Source: Bacillota bacterium (GTDB taxonomy: Bacteria > Bacillota > Clostridia > Acetivibrionales > DTU013). From it: DNA of 64,000 nucleotides. The notes beneath the pieces were generated by a model. It saw only the letters and a program-made list of their open reading frames with translations, made no database searches and was not told where the DNA came from. The stretch's first letter is position 1, and every line of letters starts with the position of its first letter. The stretch is taken from assembly GCA_023411575.1 (NCBI GenBank), contig JAEYOP010000049.1, forward strand, positions 1-64,000. The letters run 5' to 3'. Made by a program: the position numbers and the translations under genes. Below are positions 8,329 through 17,431 of this stretch, one piece after another.

Positions 8329-8817
8329 TTGTGCCATTTCACGGACCTGTCCGGACAGGGTCGTTCTTCTGTTTGGTCAATTTGTACAGAGCCTGCCTTC
8401 AAATATTCAAGTGTCCTGTGCAATACCGAGCAGGAGCGGATCATAGGGAAGCTGGCGGCGCGGCTGGCGAAAGCGGGGCTGGAAGGGATCCGCATCAGCG
8501 CACCGGAGGAGAACTCCATCGAGCAGACGATTAAGAGTTTTTCCTCCTATGATAATGATGTTAAAAGCAAGATCGGACAGCTCAATACCCATACTTATAA
8601 CGGAAAATCGCGGAAGGAGCTGAAACAGCTGGCCGAAAGGCACGGTAAAAAGCTCTGGATGTCCGAAGTCTCCCTGGGAGGGACGGAGGAGCACAACCAT
8701 GAAGACATGACCGGCGCATTGGAGTTGGCCCGGAGGATCGTTGATGACATCAACGGAATGGAAACTGCTATGAATGCCGCGCCAATCTGGACGAAGATGA
8801 AATGGGAAGATTTTTGA
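8329..8817 (+). pseudogene. Fragment resembling the C-terminal part of a GH-A clan glycoside hydrolase (nucleophile-region-like KKLWMSEVSLGG); probable gene remnant
   Basis: No credible start or RBS. Only ~160 aa of what is normally a >400-aa enzyme. Surrounded by non-coding sequence. Confidence 0.3.
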
Positions 8818-8907
8818 CGAATTCCTTCGACGATTGTCCATACTTTCAATTCGATGACGAATACGGGACTGTAAGAAAGCAAATGTGATAGTATAAACCA
8901 CAGTGGG

Positions 8908-9210
8908 CTATAGCCGGCCCAACAGGGCTTTAATCACTTCGTCAAAGGGTTTTGAGCCGATCTGGTCCAGGAGCTTTTCAAGCTCCGTTTTTTTCTTCAG
9001 GGAGCCGGTCAGTACAACCTCTACCGTCTGGTCCCGGTCCACCAGGACTGAGGTTACCTCCAGGACCCCCGTCAGCATTGCGCCGATGATAATCGCCTGT
9101 GCAGGATCGATGCCGGCCGGTTTTCCGTTCCGGCCCGCCGGGGAGGAGGCATCCGCGTTCAGCCTGGTCAGTATTTCTTTGAGAGATTTGCCTAGATCCG
9201 GTGAAGACAC
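8908..9210 (-). CDS. Hypothetical protein (100 aa)
   Basis: GTG start with RBS AAGGGGGA. Family not recognised. Confidence 0.5.
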   Translation of the reverse strand: MSSPDLGKSLKEILTRLNADASSPAGRNGKPAGIDPAQAIIIGAMLTGVLEVTSVLVDRDQTVEVVLTGSLKKKTELEKLLDQIGSKPFDEVIKALLGRL

Positions 9211-9236
9211 AGGATATCCCCCTTACAGCGCATTGA

Positions 9237-9365
9237 TCAAGCGAGAGGGATGACCGTGCCGGTCTCTTCACCTGGCCCGGCGATCAGGCCGGAGGCGAGC
9301 AGAATGAACAGAAGCGCGGTAATAACAAGCAATATATCATGCTTTTCATTTTCGGACAATCTCAT
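9237..9365 (-). CDS. Small hydrophobic peptide (42 aa, MRLSENEKHDILLVITALLFILLASGLIAGPGEETGTVIPLA), probable single-pass membrane peptide
   Basis: RBS GTGAGGA 7 nt upstream of the ATG. Lies immediately upstream of, and co-directional with, the 100-aa ORF. Below the ORF-track cutoff. Confidence 0.4.
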   Translation of the reverse strand: MRLSENEKHDILLVITALLFILLASGLIAGPGEETGTVIPLA

Positions 9366-9660
9366 GATATATCCTCACTTCATTTGCCCCGTAGCAGGAT
9401 CCCATTAATAGTATATTTTAGCAGTCGTTAATTGTGCTTCCGCCGATTTGGAGGAGGGTGAGACGAAACATTACAGCCTGCCTGCGATGGAACCGAATCC
9501 GGCCTTGAGCCCTGCCCGCCCGTCAACCCGCAGAAGTTTACGCAATAATATCGGACGGAGCAGGAAATAATTAGTTCTAAAGGGATGCATAAAAAAGATC
9601 GATAGTTTTTATGTGAACTTATATCAAGAATTAGTATATGGCAGGAAGCGAGGTTCTGAA

Positions 9661-10638
9661 ATGTTTGATGTAGCAGCCCTGGGGGAGCTTTTAATCGACT
9701 TTACGCCGGCAGGAAAATCGGCGGCCGGCAACGCCCTGTTTGAGCGGAATCCCGGCGGAGGGCCGCCCAATCTTCTCACCGCCCTCGCCAGGCTGGGCGG
9801 GAAAGGCGCTTTCATCGGCAAGGTGGGCAGCAGAGATCAGTTCGGACGGTATCTGCAGGAAGTCCTGACCGATAACGGAATTGATGCGGCCGGATTGCGC
9901 TTTTCAGACGACGTCAATACGACGCTGGCGTTTGTTCATCTCGACGACCGGGGCGACAGGAGCTTCAGCTTTTACAGGAATCCCGGCGCGGATATGATGC
10001 TGCGGGAGGAAGAGGTGGACCTGGGGATTATCGACGCCGCCAGGATCTTTCACTTCAGCTCCCTGTCCCTGACCGCGGAACCCGTAAGGAGTACCACCAA
10101 GAAAATATTGGAGTATGCGCGGAAGAGCGGAAAAATTATCTCTTACGACCCGAACTGGAGACCCCCGCTGTGGGCGAGCGACGCGGCGGCGAAGGAGTGG
10201 ATGGAGTACGGCCTGCAGTACGCGGATATTTTGAAAATATCCGAAACGGAGCTGGAGTTCCTGACGGGGGAAACGGAGCTGGAACCCGGCAGCAGGATAT
10301 TTTATGACCGCGGGATCAAGCTCGTGATCATCACCCTGGGACCGAAGGGCTGTTATTACCGGTGCGGGGCGGGTACGGGACACCTTCCTACCTATAATAC
10401 GAAGGTCGTCGATACAACAGGCTCCGGGGATGCCTTCCTGGGCGGCCTCTTGTATCATATCAGCAGGCTGGAGGGCGGCCTAGAGGAGCTGACCAAAGAA
10501 AAGATCGAAGCCATCCTTGATTTTTCCAATGCCGTCGGCGCCCTTTGCGCGACAAAAAGGGGAGGCGTTCCTGCAATGCCGGAGCTGAGGGAAATAACGG
10601 ATTGTATGAGAAATGTACCCAAACTCGTTATAAAATAA
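9661..10638 (+). CDS. PfkB-family carbohydrate kinase (fructokinase-like)
   Basis: Motifs GELLIDF, GGGPPN and DTTGSGDAF (PfkB signatures). Internal start MFDV preceded by GGAAGCGAGG. Confidence 0.85.
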   Translation: MFDVAALGELLIDFTPAGKSAAGNALFERNPGGGPPNLLTALARLGGKGAFIGKVGSRDQFGRYLQEVLTDNGIDAAGLRFSDDVNTTLAFVHLDDRGDRSFSFYRNPGADMMLREEEVDLGIIDAARIFHFSSLSLTAEPVRSTTKKILEYARKSGKIISYDPNWRPPLWASDAAAKEWMEYGLQYADILKISETELEFLTGETELEPGSRIFYDRGIKLVIITLGPKGCYYRCGAGTGHLPTYNTKVVDTTGSGDAFLGGLLYHISRLEGGLEELTKEKIEAILDFSNAVGALCATKRGGVPAMPELREITDCMRNVPKLVIK

Positions 10639-11021
10639 GAAACCGACCTCCCAAAATGACGTTCTATCAGAAGGGCGTCATTTTTTACTTATGGGGCTAG
10701 TGTCATCATCTTGCCTCAAATACGGTGCATTTTGCACAGGCAAATTGCACTAGTGAGAGGGGCTCGATGCCTTGAGATTTTGCTTTCTCAGAAACGCAAT
10801 TTTGTTCAAAAATAAATACTTCAACATCGGAATTTTCTGCAAACGTCCTAAAATAAAGGCGTGGAGAAGGGCGTAATCAAAAGTTATGCCTTGCATCAAA
10901 AGTCATTATTGTATAAAAATTGAGTTCAATATAAGCTAATTTTAGAGATCATGCATCAAAAATGATTATAGCAGGGCAAATGCAACTACATTCCGGAACC
11001 GATAAAAAAGGAGATTATCCC

Positions 11022-11993
11022 ATGTCAGACCCTATGATTTCCGCCGTGGCGGGTGCCAGTGCAGTACTTGATCCCAGAGAAAGAAAAAACAAAAGAATCA
11101 AAGCCTATATCCGGAACAACTGGATGCTTTATTTGTTCTTTCTTCCGCCCCTGGCCTATTTCATCCTCTTCAAATATGCGCCGATGTACGGAATCCTGAT
11201 TGCGTTCAAGGATTACAATATCTTCCAGACGGTGTGGGACAGCCCGTGGAACAATTTCGCCACCTTCAAGGAAATCTTCTCCATGCCGGATTTCTGGAAC
11301 GCGCTTAAAAACACCTTTGTGCTCAATGCCCTCGATCTGATTATCGGGTTTCCCGCTCCGATCATTCTCGCCATCATATTGAGCGAAGTATACGTAGCGT
11401 GGTTTAAAAAGGTATCCCAAACCGTTCTGTACCTGCCGCATTTCCTTTCCTGGGTCATCATCGGCAGTATCTCGCTCCAGCTTTTCGCCCCGGAATCCGG
11501 ACTGTTCAATCTCGCCCTCATGAAGCTGGGCTTTCCGGCCGTTCCGTTTCTGACGGACAAGTGGGTATGGCTTGGAACGTACGTGTTCCTGGGATTGTGG
11601 CAGAGCATAGGCTGGAATATGATTCTTTATCTGGCCGCCATTGCGGGCATTAATCCGGAGCTGTACGAGGCCGCCGTCATCGACGGAGCAGGAAGGCTTC
11701 GAAAAATCTGGCACATCACGCTTCCGGGCATCAAGCCAACCGTTGTTATCATGCTGATCCTAGCTATCGGTAAAATTTCGGCGATCGGTTTCGACAGGCC
11801 TTATACCGTCGGAAACTCCCTGGTTATGGAGTTTTCCGATGTAATCAGCACCTTTGTATATCGAATCGGTATCCAGAACTTCCAGTACTCGATCGCAACT
11901 GCTGTGGGCCTGTTCCAGTCGGTCATAGGAATGATCTTCCTGCTGGTAACGAACTACATTTCGGAAAGACTTGGGGAGCAGGGAATCTGGTAA
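11022..11993 (+). CDS. CUT1-family sugar ABC transporter permease (LplB-like, long N-terminus)
   Basis: Six TM segments and the EAAxIDGA permease signature (EAAVIDGAGRL). RBS AAAAGGAGA. Confidence 0.85.
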   Translation: MSDPMISAVAGASAVLDPRERKNKRIKAYIRNNWMLYLFFLPPLAYFILFKYAPMYGILIAFKDYNIFQTVWDSPWNNFATFKEIFSMPDFWNALKNTFVLNALDLIIGFPAPIILAIILSEVYVAWFKKVSQTVLYLPHFLSWVIIGSISLQLFAPESGLFNLALMKLGFPAVPFLTDKWVWLGTYVFLGLWQSIGWNMILYLAAIAGINPELYEAAVIDGAGRLRKIWHITLPGIKPTVVIMLILAIGKISAIGFDRPYTVGNSLVMEFSDVISTFVYRIGIQNFQYSIATAVGLFQSVIGMIFLLVTNYISERLGEQGIW

Positions 11994-12019
11994 TCACCTG
12001 ATAATGGAGGATTTTAAAA

Positions 12020-12892
12020 ATGGTAACGAATGTTAAGGACAGAACTTTTAACGGAATAATGATCGCAATCATCACTTTCGTCTCGATATTATGTATCATT
12101 CCAATGGTATACCTGGTCGCCGTTTCTTTGAGCTCAAGCGGTGCGGTCATAGCCAGAAAGGTTTTCCTGTGGCCGGTAGAATTTAATTTTGGTGCGTATG
12201 AGGCCGTATTCAACGACAGGGCTATATTCAATTCCATGATATTTACCATATGGCTTACGGTGCTGTGCGCCATCTGCAGCATCCTGATCACAATTCTTGC
12301 GGCGTATCCCCTTACCAAGAAGCATCTGAAAGGCAGGAATTTCTTTCTGGTGCTGATCGTCATCACCATGTACTTTGGCGGCGGAACAATACCGGAATAC
12401 CTTTTGGTTCGGAGCCTCAACCTGGTCGATAAATTCTGGTCGCTGATGCTGCCCTATATGCTCAGCGCATTCAACCTGATCATCCTGAAGACCTTTTTCT
12501 CCGGTTTGCCCGAAAGCCTGGAAGAGTCGGCTTTCCTGGACGGCGCATCCTATTTTACGATCCTGTTTAAAATCGTGCTTCCGCTTTCCATGCCGGCCAT
12601 CGCCACCATTACGCTGTTTTACGCGGTCGGCCGCTGGAACGGCTTCCAGGATGCGCTGATGTTCATCAGCAGGCCGGAGCTGTACCCGCTTCAATTAAAG
12701 CTGTACATGCTGGTTTATAACAACCAGATGTCGGAGGTGGCCATTGTGGAGGGCTCCTCCACCGGCGGCCTTGCGCCGGAGAATTTGAAGGCCGCGGCGG
12801 TCATGTTCGCCACGGTCCCGATCCTTCTTGTGTACCCCTGGCTGCAGCGGTATTTCATCTCCGGTGTTACCATAGGCGCCATCAAGGGATAA
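12020..12892 (+). CDS. CUT1-family sugar ABC transporter permease (LplC-like)
   Basis: EESAFLDGAS motif and a C-terminal GAIKG. RBS GGAGGA. Confidence 0.85.
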   Translation: MVTNVKDRTFNGIMIAIITFVSILCIIPMVYLVAVSLSSSGAVIARKVFLWPVEFNFGAYEAVFNDRAIFNSMIFTIWLTVLCAICSILITILAAYPLTKKHLKGRNFFLVLIVITMYFGGGTIPEYLLVRSLNLVDKFWSLMLPYMLSAFNLIILKTFFSGLPESLEESAFLDGASYFTILFKIVLPLSMPAIATITLFYAVGRWNGFQDALMFISRPELYPLQLKLYMLVYNNQMSEVAIVEGSSTGGLAPENLKAAAVMFATVPILLVYPWLQRYFISGVTIGAIKG

Positions 12893-13072
12893 TTATCAAT
12901 CCGTATATAATAGTGATCCGCAGGGATATTGCCGGGCGTTTGTTTATACTGAATGAAACAAGGGGAGGTGTAGGAATTTATTATAAAGGATTCCCGGCAG
13001 GTTCAGAGAGATCACTTGATTATATAATGCACAAATGGTTGGATCCCATAATATTGAAATAGGAGGTTGTGT

Positions 13073-14890
13073 ATGAAAAAGCTTATTTCTCTTGTCTTAT
13101 GCGTATTCGTTTTATTATCCTTCGTGGTTTCGGCATCGGGTATCGCCGTTGTTGAAATCAAGGGCCTGAAAGCGGACAAATCCAGTTTGTCGCTGAATCC
13201 CGGCAGCTCCTACAAGCTCACGATCACCTTCAGCCCGGCCAATACCACACAGAAACTGTTGGTTTTCACAACCAGCAATGCAAACGTTGCAACCATTGAC
13301 ACAGACGGCAATATCACTGCTATCGGCGCAGGCAAAGCCACTATTACCGTTGCGAGCAAGAGCAAGGGCACCGTATCGACAAAGATTACGGTAACCGTTG
13401 TCAAGCCGAAGCCCGTCGTTCTCAGAGTAGAGGTATATGACAGGGGTAATGCCGGCGGCACTCCTCCCGACAATAACTATTGGACAAAATGGATCCAGGC
13501 CAATTATGGCGATAAGAACAACGTAACCCTGAAATTTGAAACCAGCCCGAGATTCGACAACAATGCGAAGCTCCAGATGTGGATGGCAGCCGGAACCGCT
13601 CCGGACATCTGCTATTCCAACGAGATCGATCCCGTAAGCAATTTCCACAATAACGGCGGTCTTGCCGATCTGAACGCGTCTTTGGATAAATACGGCGCCC
13701 GGTTGAAGGAATTCCTGGGAGACTACCTGTTAACCAAAGGTGTGGATTCCAAGACCGGAGAACGGTATCTGCTGCGTGCAAAAAAAGCTATTGATGCAAG
13801 GCAAGGCACCTGGATCCGGAAGGACTGGTTGGATAAGCTCGGTCAGCCGCTGCCCACGACAAGGGACGAGTGGTACAACGACATGAAGCTGTTCAAGGAA
13901 AAGAATCCAGACAACATGGGCAAGGTGGTTCCCTTCTGCATCAATACCGATGTAGGTTGGAGAGCCCAGACCCTTATTGAATCCTTTAAGACGGATAAAT
14001 CCGATATGACGCGCTACATCACCAACAACCGGTGGATGCAAATCTTTGCTCCGGGTGTCAAGGATGCGATCAAGTTCATGAACAAAATGTACAATGAGGG
14101 CCTGATCAGCAAGGAGTTCCCGCTGGATACCCAGGACGCCATCTGGACGGCCGATGTCATAAGCGGATTTGGTGGCTCCATTATTCACAATTACGATTTC
14201 GCGCTCCGGTCCCCCTCCCCCGGCCTGATTGTAAATCTTCAGGCAAGAAGACCCGATGCGCAGTTTGTTCCCTGTGATCCGTTCAAGGACAAGGACGGTC
14301 AGTATTCAAAGGAAATCGATGACGTTGCCGGTATCCAGATTTTTGTTCCTAAGACCAGCAAGGATAAAACGGACGAGGTTATCAAATACCTGAACTGGAT
14401 GGCTGATCCGGAAGTGCTGTTCTTCCTGCAGTACGGCGAAGAAGGCAAGAATTACACGATGAATAACGGCATTCCCCAGGTTGTCGCAGCCAAGGGAGAA
14501 ACAATTCAGAATTCTGCCAACAATATCGACTATACCATGATTGTAAACGGCGTTATGGGCACAACAAAGGCGGATACAATCAAGAGGAATTCACTGGCAT
14601 ATTCGGGCACTATGCAGACGCTTTACATACAGGCGTTTAATTACTCCGTCAATGACGGGTACATCAATCCCGCATCCAAAATAAATGAAACGACCACTGC
14701 CGACGGCAAGTATGGAAGCACTGTAACCATCAAGGCAAATGAAGTTTACGCAAGGACCATTACCTGCAAGCCTGAAGAGTTCGAATCCGTATGGACCCAG
14801 CAGACCAATGCCCTGCTGAGAGCCGGCGCGGGCGACATGATGACTGAAAGGAAAGCCCTGTGGAAGAAGCTTCACCCCGAGGCAAAATAA
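13073..14890 (+). CDS. Extracellular solute-binding protein with an N-terminal Big_2 (bacterial Ig-like) domain
   Basis: Signal peptide MKKLISLVLCVFVLLSFVVSASG. Big_2-like block ITFSPANTTQKLL...SNANVATIDTDGNITAIGAGKATITV. The C-terminal ~450 aa are lipoprotein-LplA-like SBP. RBS AGGAGG. Confidence 0.8.
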   Translation: MKKLISLVLCVFVLLSFVVSASGIAVVEIKGLKADKSSLSLNPGSSYKLTITFSPANTTQKLLVFTTSNANVATIDTDGNITAIGAGKATITVASKSKGTVSTKITVTVVKPKPVVLRVEVYDRGNAGGTPPDNNYWTKWIQANYGDKNNVTLKFETSPRFDNNAKLQMWMAAGTAPDICYSNEIDPVSNFHNNGGLADLNASLDKYGARLKEFLGDYLLTKGVDSKTGERYLLRAKKAIDARQGTWIRKDWLDKLGQPLPTTRDEWYNDMKLFKEKNPDNMGKVVPFCINTDVGWRAQTLIESFKTDKSDMTRYITNNRWMQIFAPGVKDAIKFMNKMYNEGLISKEFPLDTQDAIWTADVISGFGGSIIHNYDFALRSPSPGLIVNLQARRPDAQFVPCDPFKDKDGQYSKEIDDVAGIQIFVPKTSKDKTDEVIKYLNWMADPEVLFFLQYGEEGKNYTMNNGIPQVVAAKGETIQNSANNIDYTMIVNGVMGTTKADTIKRNSLAYSGTMQTLYIQAFNYSVNDGYINPASKINETTTADGKYGSTVTIKANEVYARTITCKPEEFESVWTQQTNALLRAGAGDMMTERKALWKKLHPEAK

Positions 14891-14923
14891 GCTCCTCCAT
14901 GATTGACCTCATAGATAGAACCT

Positions 14924-14955
14924 GAAGTTGAAAAACGAAGGACGAAAGTCCTTCG
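14924..14955 (+). terminator. Rho-independent terminator (aaaaacgaaggacgaaagtccttcgttttt)
   Basis: Perfect hairpin followed by a T-run after the SBP gene. Confidence 0.55.
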
Positions 14956-15028
14956 TTTTTCAAATCAATCCGGTTTAAATGTGTTATTATTATAGTAGTA
15001 TTGATTTTGTTCTCGCGAAGGGATGGTT

Positions 15029-17380
15029 ATGAAAAATCAGTCGTTGTTTTTCAAATTATTCTTTGTTCTGATCCTTTTTATCACTATCCCTGTCATTTCC
15101 GTAGCAAGCCTGATCAGCTATGAGATGACAAGGTATTCCGAGGACATCATCGGCAAATCCGCCATCAGCAAGCTGAAAACGGCGGATAAGCTGACGGAAC
15201 TGACTTCTGCCAATTTCACCCAGCGGGCCCTTGAGATGACAAGGGGATCGTCCTTGACGGATTTGAACGGGATGAGCCGGTTCGATGAGGTCTTTTCCAG
15301 CCCCGACGCCATCATGAAGCTCTACGACGTGCAGACCGAGCTCGGGGATCTGGCGAACTCCAACGCTTCTCTTCATTCCGTGTATCTTTACATCGAAGGC
15401 GCGGATTATATTATGACCTCCAACCGGGGCACCCAGGATATCGAACAGTTTGCGGATACAGGCTGGATGGCGTATTACGAGCGCCTGAAGAAAACACAGA
15501 CCGGGTCCAACTGGATGTCCACCAGGACGGTCCGGTATACGAGGGATTCCACCGGGGAGCTGGGCGCATCCAACAAGGTAATCACCTTCTTTTACAATTT
15601 TACGCCTTATACCACGACCGTAAAGGGCGTATTGGTTTTCAACATCTACGAACCGTCCATGCGGGATATCATTAATAACGACAGCACTTTAAAAGACGGC
15701 CATATAAGGATCGTCAATACGAGCGGCTATATCATATCCGATATAGAAGAGGGTAAGGTCGGCACAAATATCAACAGCCAGCCCTATTTTCAGAAGATCA
15801 AGGAGAATACCTCCAACGAAGGGTACCTGATTACGACGGACCAGAATGAAAGATTGCTGATCTCGTACTATAAATCCGATTTCAACAACTGGATCTACCT
15901 CGGCATCTTCCGGGCCAACGCACTAATGGAGAAGATAAACACCCTGCGGTCCTATACCATCTTTATCTGCCTGGTGCTTATCCTGGTGGGCGTCCTGATT
16001 TCCTATTTCGCCTCCAAAAAGATATACAATCCCCTGAAGAACCTTCTCCAGGATATTCAGCAGAAGAGGGGGATCGACATCCGGAGCAACGACAGCGACA
16101 TGGCCATATTGTCCAAGGCTTACGACAATCTGCTGCGGGACCGGGACAGGCTGTCTTCCATCATTGAGCACAAGGACAGCAATAAAAACATCTATCTGAC
16201 CAGCCTGCTCAAAGGAGAGAACGGAGGCTACTTCGACAAGGAGCTGACGGGCATCGATTTCAGCTTCAGCAGCTATATCTGCGCCGTTATCCAGATCGAC
16301 CGGTACAAGGAATTCGAGAAGGCCTATACGAAGGAACAGCAGGATTACATGAGGATGTTCATCCTGAAGATTTCGGAAGAGCTGCTCAACGCCGATCTGA
16401 AATGCGCCGGCATGGTCTATGAGAAGAGAAAAATCGCCCTGATCGTCAATTATAAAAATTATAACGAAGTCGGCGTGAAAAAGGTGCTGGAAGGGGTCTT
16501 TGTCCAGATTCAGAATGAAACCGGCAAGATCATGGACTATACGGTTTCCGTCGGAGTCGGCAATTGCCAGGAATCCGCGGAGGGGATCGGCGAGTCCTTC
16601 GACCGGGCGCTGGAGGCCCTGCGCCACAAGCTGATCAACGGGTACGGAAGCATCAATTTCTGGGACGACGCCAGCGATGAAAATTTCGCTTATTATTATC
16701 CCTTTGTTCATGAGAAATACATCTTCAACATCCTGAACGCGGGGATAAAGGATAAGCTGGCGGATGTAATCACGGAGCTTGTACAGGAAATCAAGGACAA
16801 CCGGGATCTGCATTACGACAATGTCATCCAGATTTTCAACCAGTTGATCGGCAATACGGTCAAGTACCTGTTGGACGCTCATTACAATGTCAGCATGATT
16901 TTCGGAAACAATTACAATATCTATAACGCGCTCTCCTCCAAGGAAACCCTGGACGAGGTGAAGGAATGGCTCATATCCGTGTATACTCAGATAGCAGATT
17001 ACCTCGCCAAATCGCGGAATCCGTCCAAAAACCACTTTGAACGCGCTTTGGAGTACATCCACGAAAATTACAAAAGAGAGATCGATATCAATAGCGTGGC
17101 CGAGTATGCCGGCGTCAGCTATTCCCATCTCCGGAAGATTTTCCGGGATGAGGCGGGAGAAAACATCGTCAATTATATCAATAATCTCCGGATCAATGAG
17201 TCCAAACGCCTGCTGTGCAGCACGGACCAGACGATCCGGGAAATCTCCGCAGCGCTGGGCTATAACAGCGACCAGAGCTTCGTACGGTTCTTCAAGAAAT
17301 ATGAGGGCATCACGCCCGGAGAATTCCGTTATTCCGGCAAATCCGGCGAAACCGGGGCCCGGGATGTTTCCGGCCAATAG
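15029..17380 (+). CDS. Membrane-anchored one-component AraC-family regulator (two TM helices, ~280-aa extracytoplasmic sensor, cytoplasmic YesN-like middle domain, AraC HTH)
   Basis: TM1 at residues ~8-30 and TM2 at ~300 (IFICLVLILVGVLISYFA). C-terminal AraC HTH (...YSHLRKIFRDEAGENIVNYINNLRINESKRLL...GYNSDQSFVRFFKKYEGITPGEFR). No HATPase or REC domain. Confidence 0.8.
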   Translation: MKNQSLFFKLFFVLILFITIPVISVASLISYEMTRYSEDIIGKSAISKLKTADKLTELTSANFTQRALEMTRGSSLTDLNGMSRFDEVFSSPDAIMKLYDVQTELGDLANSNASLHSVYLYIEGADYIMTSNRGTQDIEQFADTGWMAYYERLKKTQTGSNWMSTRTVRYTRDSTGELGASNKVITFFYNFTPYTTTVKGVLVFNIYEPSMRDIINNDSTLKDGHIRIVNTSGYIISDIEEGKVGTNINSQPYFQKIKENTSNEGYLITTDQNERLLISYYKSDFNNWIYLGIFRANALMEKINTLRSYTIFICLVLILVGVLISYFASKKIYNPLKNLLQDIQQKRGIDIRSNDSDMAILSKAYDNLLRDRDRLSSIIEHKDSNKNIYLTSLLKGENGGYFDKELTGIDFSFSSYICAVIQIDRYKEFEKAYTKEQQDYMRMFILKISEELLNADLKCAGMVYEKRKIALIVNYKNYNEVGVKKVLEGVFVQIQNETGKIMDYTVSVGVGNCQESAEGIGESFDRALEALRHKLINGYGSINFWDDASDENFAYYYPFVHEKYIFNILNAGIKDKLADVITELVQEIKDNRDLHYDNVIQIFNQLIGNTVKYLLDAHYNVSMIFGNNYNIYNALSSKETLDEVKEWLISVYTQIADYLAKSRNPSKNHFERALEYIHENYKREIDINSVAEYAGVSYSHLRKIFRDEAGENIVNYINNLRINESKRLLCSTDQTIREISAALGYNSDQSFVRFFKKYEGITPGEFRYSGKSGETGARDVSGQ

Positions 17381-17431
17381 GGCGGCTGCTGGGCGGGCCG
17401 GATAAGACAATGAAAAACAGTGAGGAAAATG

